Positions 62,381 to 64,000 of a DNA stretch of 64,000 bases are shown here, piece by piece. This DNA comes from Lingula anatina (taxonomy: Eukaryota; Animalia; Brachiopoda), in assembly GCA_051362555.1 (NCBI GenBank), contig CM120642.1, forward strand, positions 11,594,001 to 11,658,000. The letters run 5' to 3'. A program made the translations under genes and the position numbers. Under the pieces are notes generated by a model. That model worked only from the letters and a program-made list of their open reading frames with translations, was not told the origin of the DNA and made no database searches. How positions within the stretch are numbered: the first letter of the stretch is position 1; each line of letters opens with the position of its first letter.

Positions 62381-63120
62381 TAACCTACCCAAACATCTGC
62401 TGGAAGGCGCGTTTTTCATCTTCAGAGCCTTGCAGTAGTTCACACAGGTTGTGCTGAATGAAGCACTGTGTAAAAAGCTGTTGCCCAAACTCCTTGATAA
62501 AGAAGCAGTTGTTGGTGCCTGATTGGTATACAAGAGACAAGCTTCTCATCATGCACTTGTTGAACTGCGTGATCAGCTGGCGGTGCTGTAATGAAAAAGT
62601 ACAAAATATATAACAATTAATTATATAATAAATAAATATATATAATACTTCAAAATAATTAAGAACAAAGGATACCTATATATGTGAGGGCACGGAAACT
62701 CAAGTCTCACTTTTCAGTAAAATATTTCGACTTCAAATTAATCGCGTATACTTGAATGTAGTGTTCTTTTACTTTCATGCCAGTGGTGAAAAATATTGTT
62801 CATTGCCAAAGTTTATCTTGTTGCTGATGCAAAATAAAAAAAAAGTAAACGGGCAAAGAGAAAAAGGAAAAATGGTCGTTAAATATGAGAACAAATAGGA
62901 CATTTCAGTAAGTCAATTAGTTAATCATAAAGTGCATTCAAGTGTATCAGAAGTGCATCAAAATGTACCTCGTAACCACCAGCAAAGCGTCCCATTCGTC
63001 TGCAGCTGAACTCGGCGTCCCTGGCGTATTGGAATTTGTCGCAGGTGAATCTTTCTCTGAGGCAGCGATAAAACCGGCAATGCCCGGCTTCGGCTTGACT
63101 TAGGCATGTCGCGTCGACTT
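61311..63120 (-). CDS. Stanniocalcin-like protein 2, partial (exons 62969-63120, 62389-62585, 61311-61413; first exon not found in the window)
   Basis: VDATCLSQAEAGHCRFYRCLRERFTCDKFQYARDAEFSCRRMGRFAGGYE|HRQLITQFNKCMMRSL...NNCFFIKEFGQQLFTQCFIQHNLCELL...|IKTVMDAQGEVSEALQTCNLQQLNSFFHWMTAR*. Same 10 Cys and the same intron phases (1, 0, 2) as its neighbour. Confidence 0.78.
62342..62378. repeat. (GA)n microsatellite
   Basis: About 18 perfect GA units next to a splice donor. Confidence 0.9.
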
Positions 63121-64000
63121 CTGAAAACGAAACAAAAACGGAATTTGGTTAGATATAAACGTGATTCTGAATGGTGTCATATTGTATCATCCTTTAATAT
63201 TAAGTGTAAAATTCTCAGTTTAGGCCATCTTACGGGCAGAAGGTAGATGCATGGGGCTCGTTTAGTTTTATGAAGCTTTACGTCCCATAAGAGCCTGCAC
63301 GTTGGCCTTTTACCAGGTCAGAACGGAAACTAAATCGACATGATAGTAAGTGAACCGAGTGAAGTCATCTCTTCAAAGTCGGGAGTCACCTCTTGGCGAC
63401 CTGCCCACCCCGACATGTAGAGAGTATTTCAACTACAAATTGTTTGAATACATTACGATCTCACACACTACTCTGCGCTGCTACTGGAATGTCAAACACT
63501 CCGTGAGGAATGGGTGCGTCAAAATGTCACCGAGCAACACCAATGTCAACCTATGCGGTGGTCGTCGCAGTGAGTCACCGAAGAAGACACTGTTAACATT
63601 ACCTTTGAGTATTCACTCGTTAATCTGGATGTTTCAAATATCTTATTTACGTTACCTTAATGCACTTGCTTTAGGTAGCCCGATAAAATGGGTCGGTGTG
63701 AGTTTTATTGTCAAATATTTCTGTAACAATTTTGAGTCCTCCAATGGTATACTCTTACAGCCAATACTTCTGAAGAATCTTTTTAAGCATCAGTGATTCA
63801 TTAACCTAGATCTTTTCATCACATTTAATTAATAAGTCATTTATGACCCAGTCATCACTCGTAAAGCGTTCACAGGGTTAACAATTAGCAATGAATCATT
63901 TAATGGGTAGTAACCACTGACCGAAAGAATCCAATTTCCTAATATCAGTTTTAATAATTGGATGATTAGGATATTCTTCCGGTGTTTGACAACCACAATA

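Noticed and set aside
63350-63796. 148-aa plus-strand ORF, also searched as a possible exon 1 region of stanniocalcin-like gene 2
   Set aside because: GTG start and no motif; I found no convincing signal-peptide exon with a phase-1 donor on the minus strand either.

Overview
This is AT-rich, intron-rich animal genomic DNA; a mollusc or other lophotrochozoan is my inference from the gene and repeat content. I reconstructed the spliced genes by hand from GT/GC-AG sites and frame continuity. In order they are: the last two coding exons of POFUT1 (+); a three-exon secreted precursor on the minus strand (5157-8861); SCAI (-, 15 coding exons) head-to-head with DHPS (+, 8 coding exons, one GC-AG intron); four secreted Gly-rich protein genes; and two tandem stanniocalcin-like genes (-). 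The 5157-8861 precursor has a signal peptide, an AxxFL-RSKR propeptide and a Cys-free Glu-rich mature part resembling vertebrate Gla-rich protein/UCMA, and it is the most striking candidate here. Two of the Gly-rich genes come from a 3.9-kb tandem duplication that also copied the DHPS 3' end. Repeats include two families of non-autonomous Helentron/Helitron-like (HINE/DINE-type) elements with internal satellite arrays, one nested inside the other in DHPS intron 2, plus several MITEs and microsatellites. All family assignments rest on recalled motifs; no database search was run.
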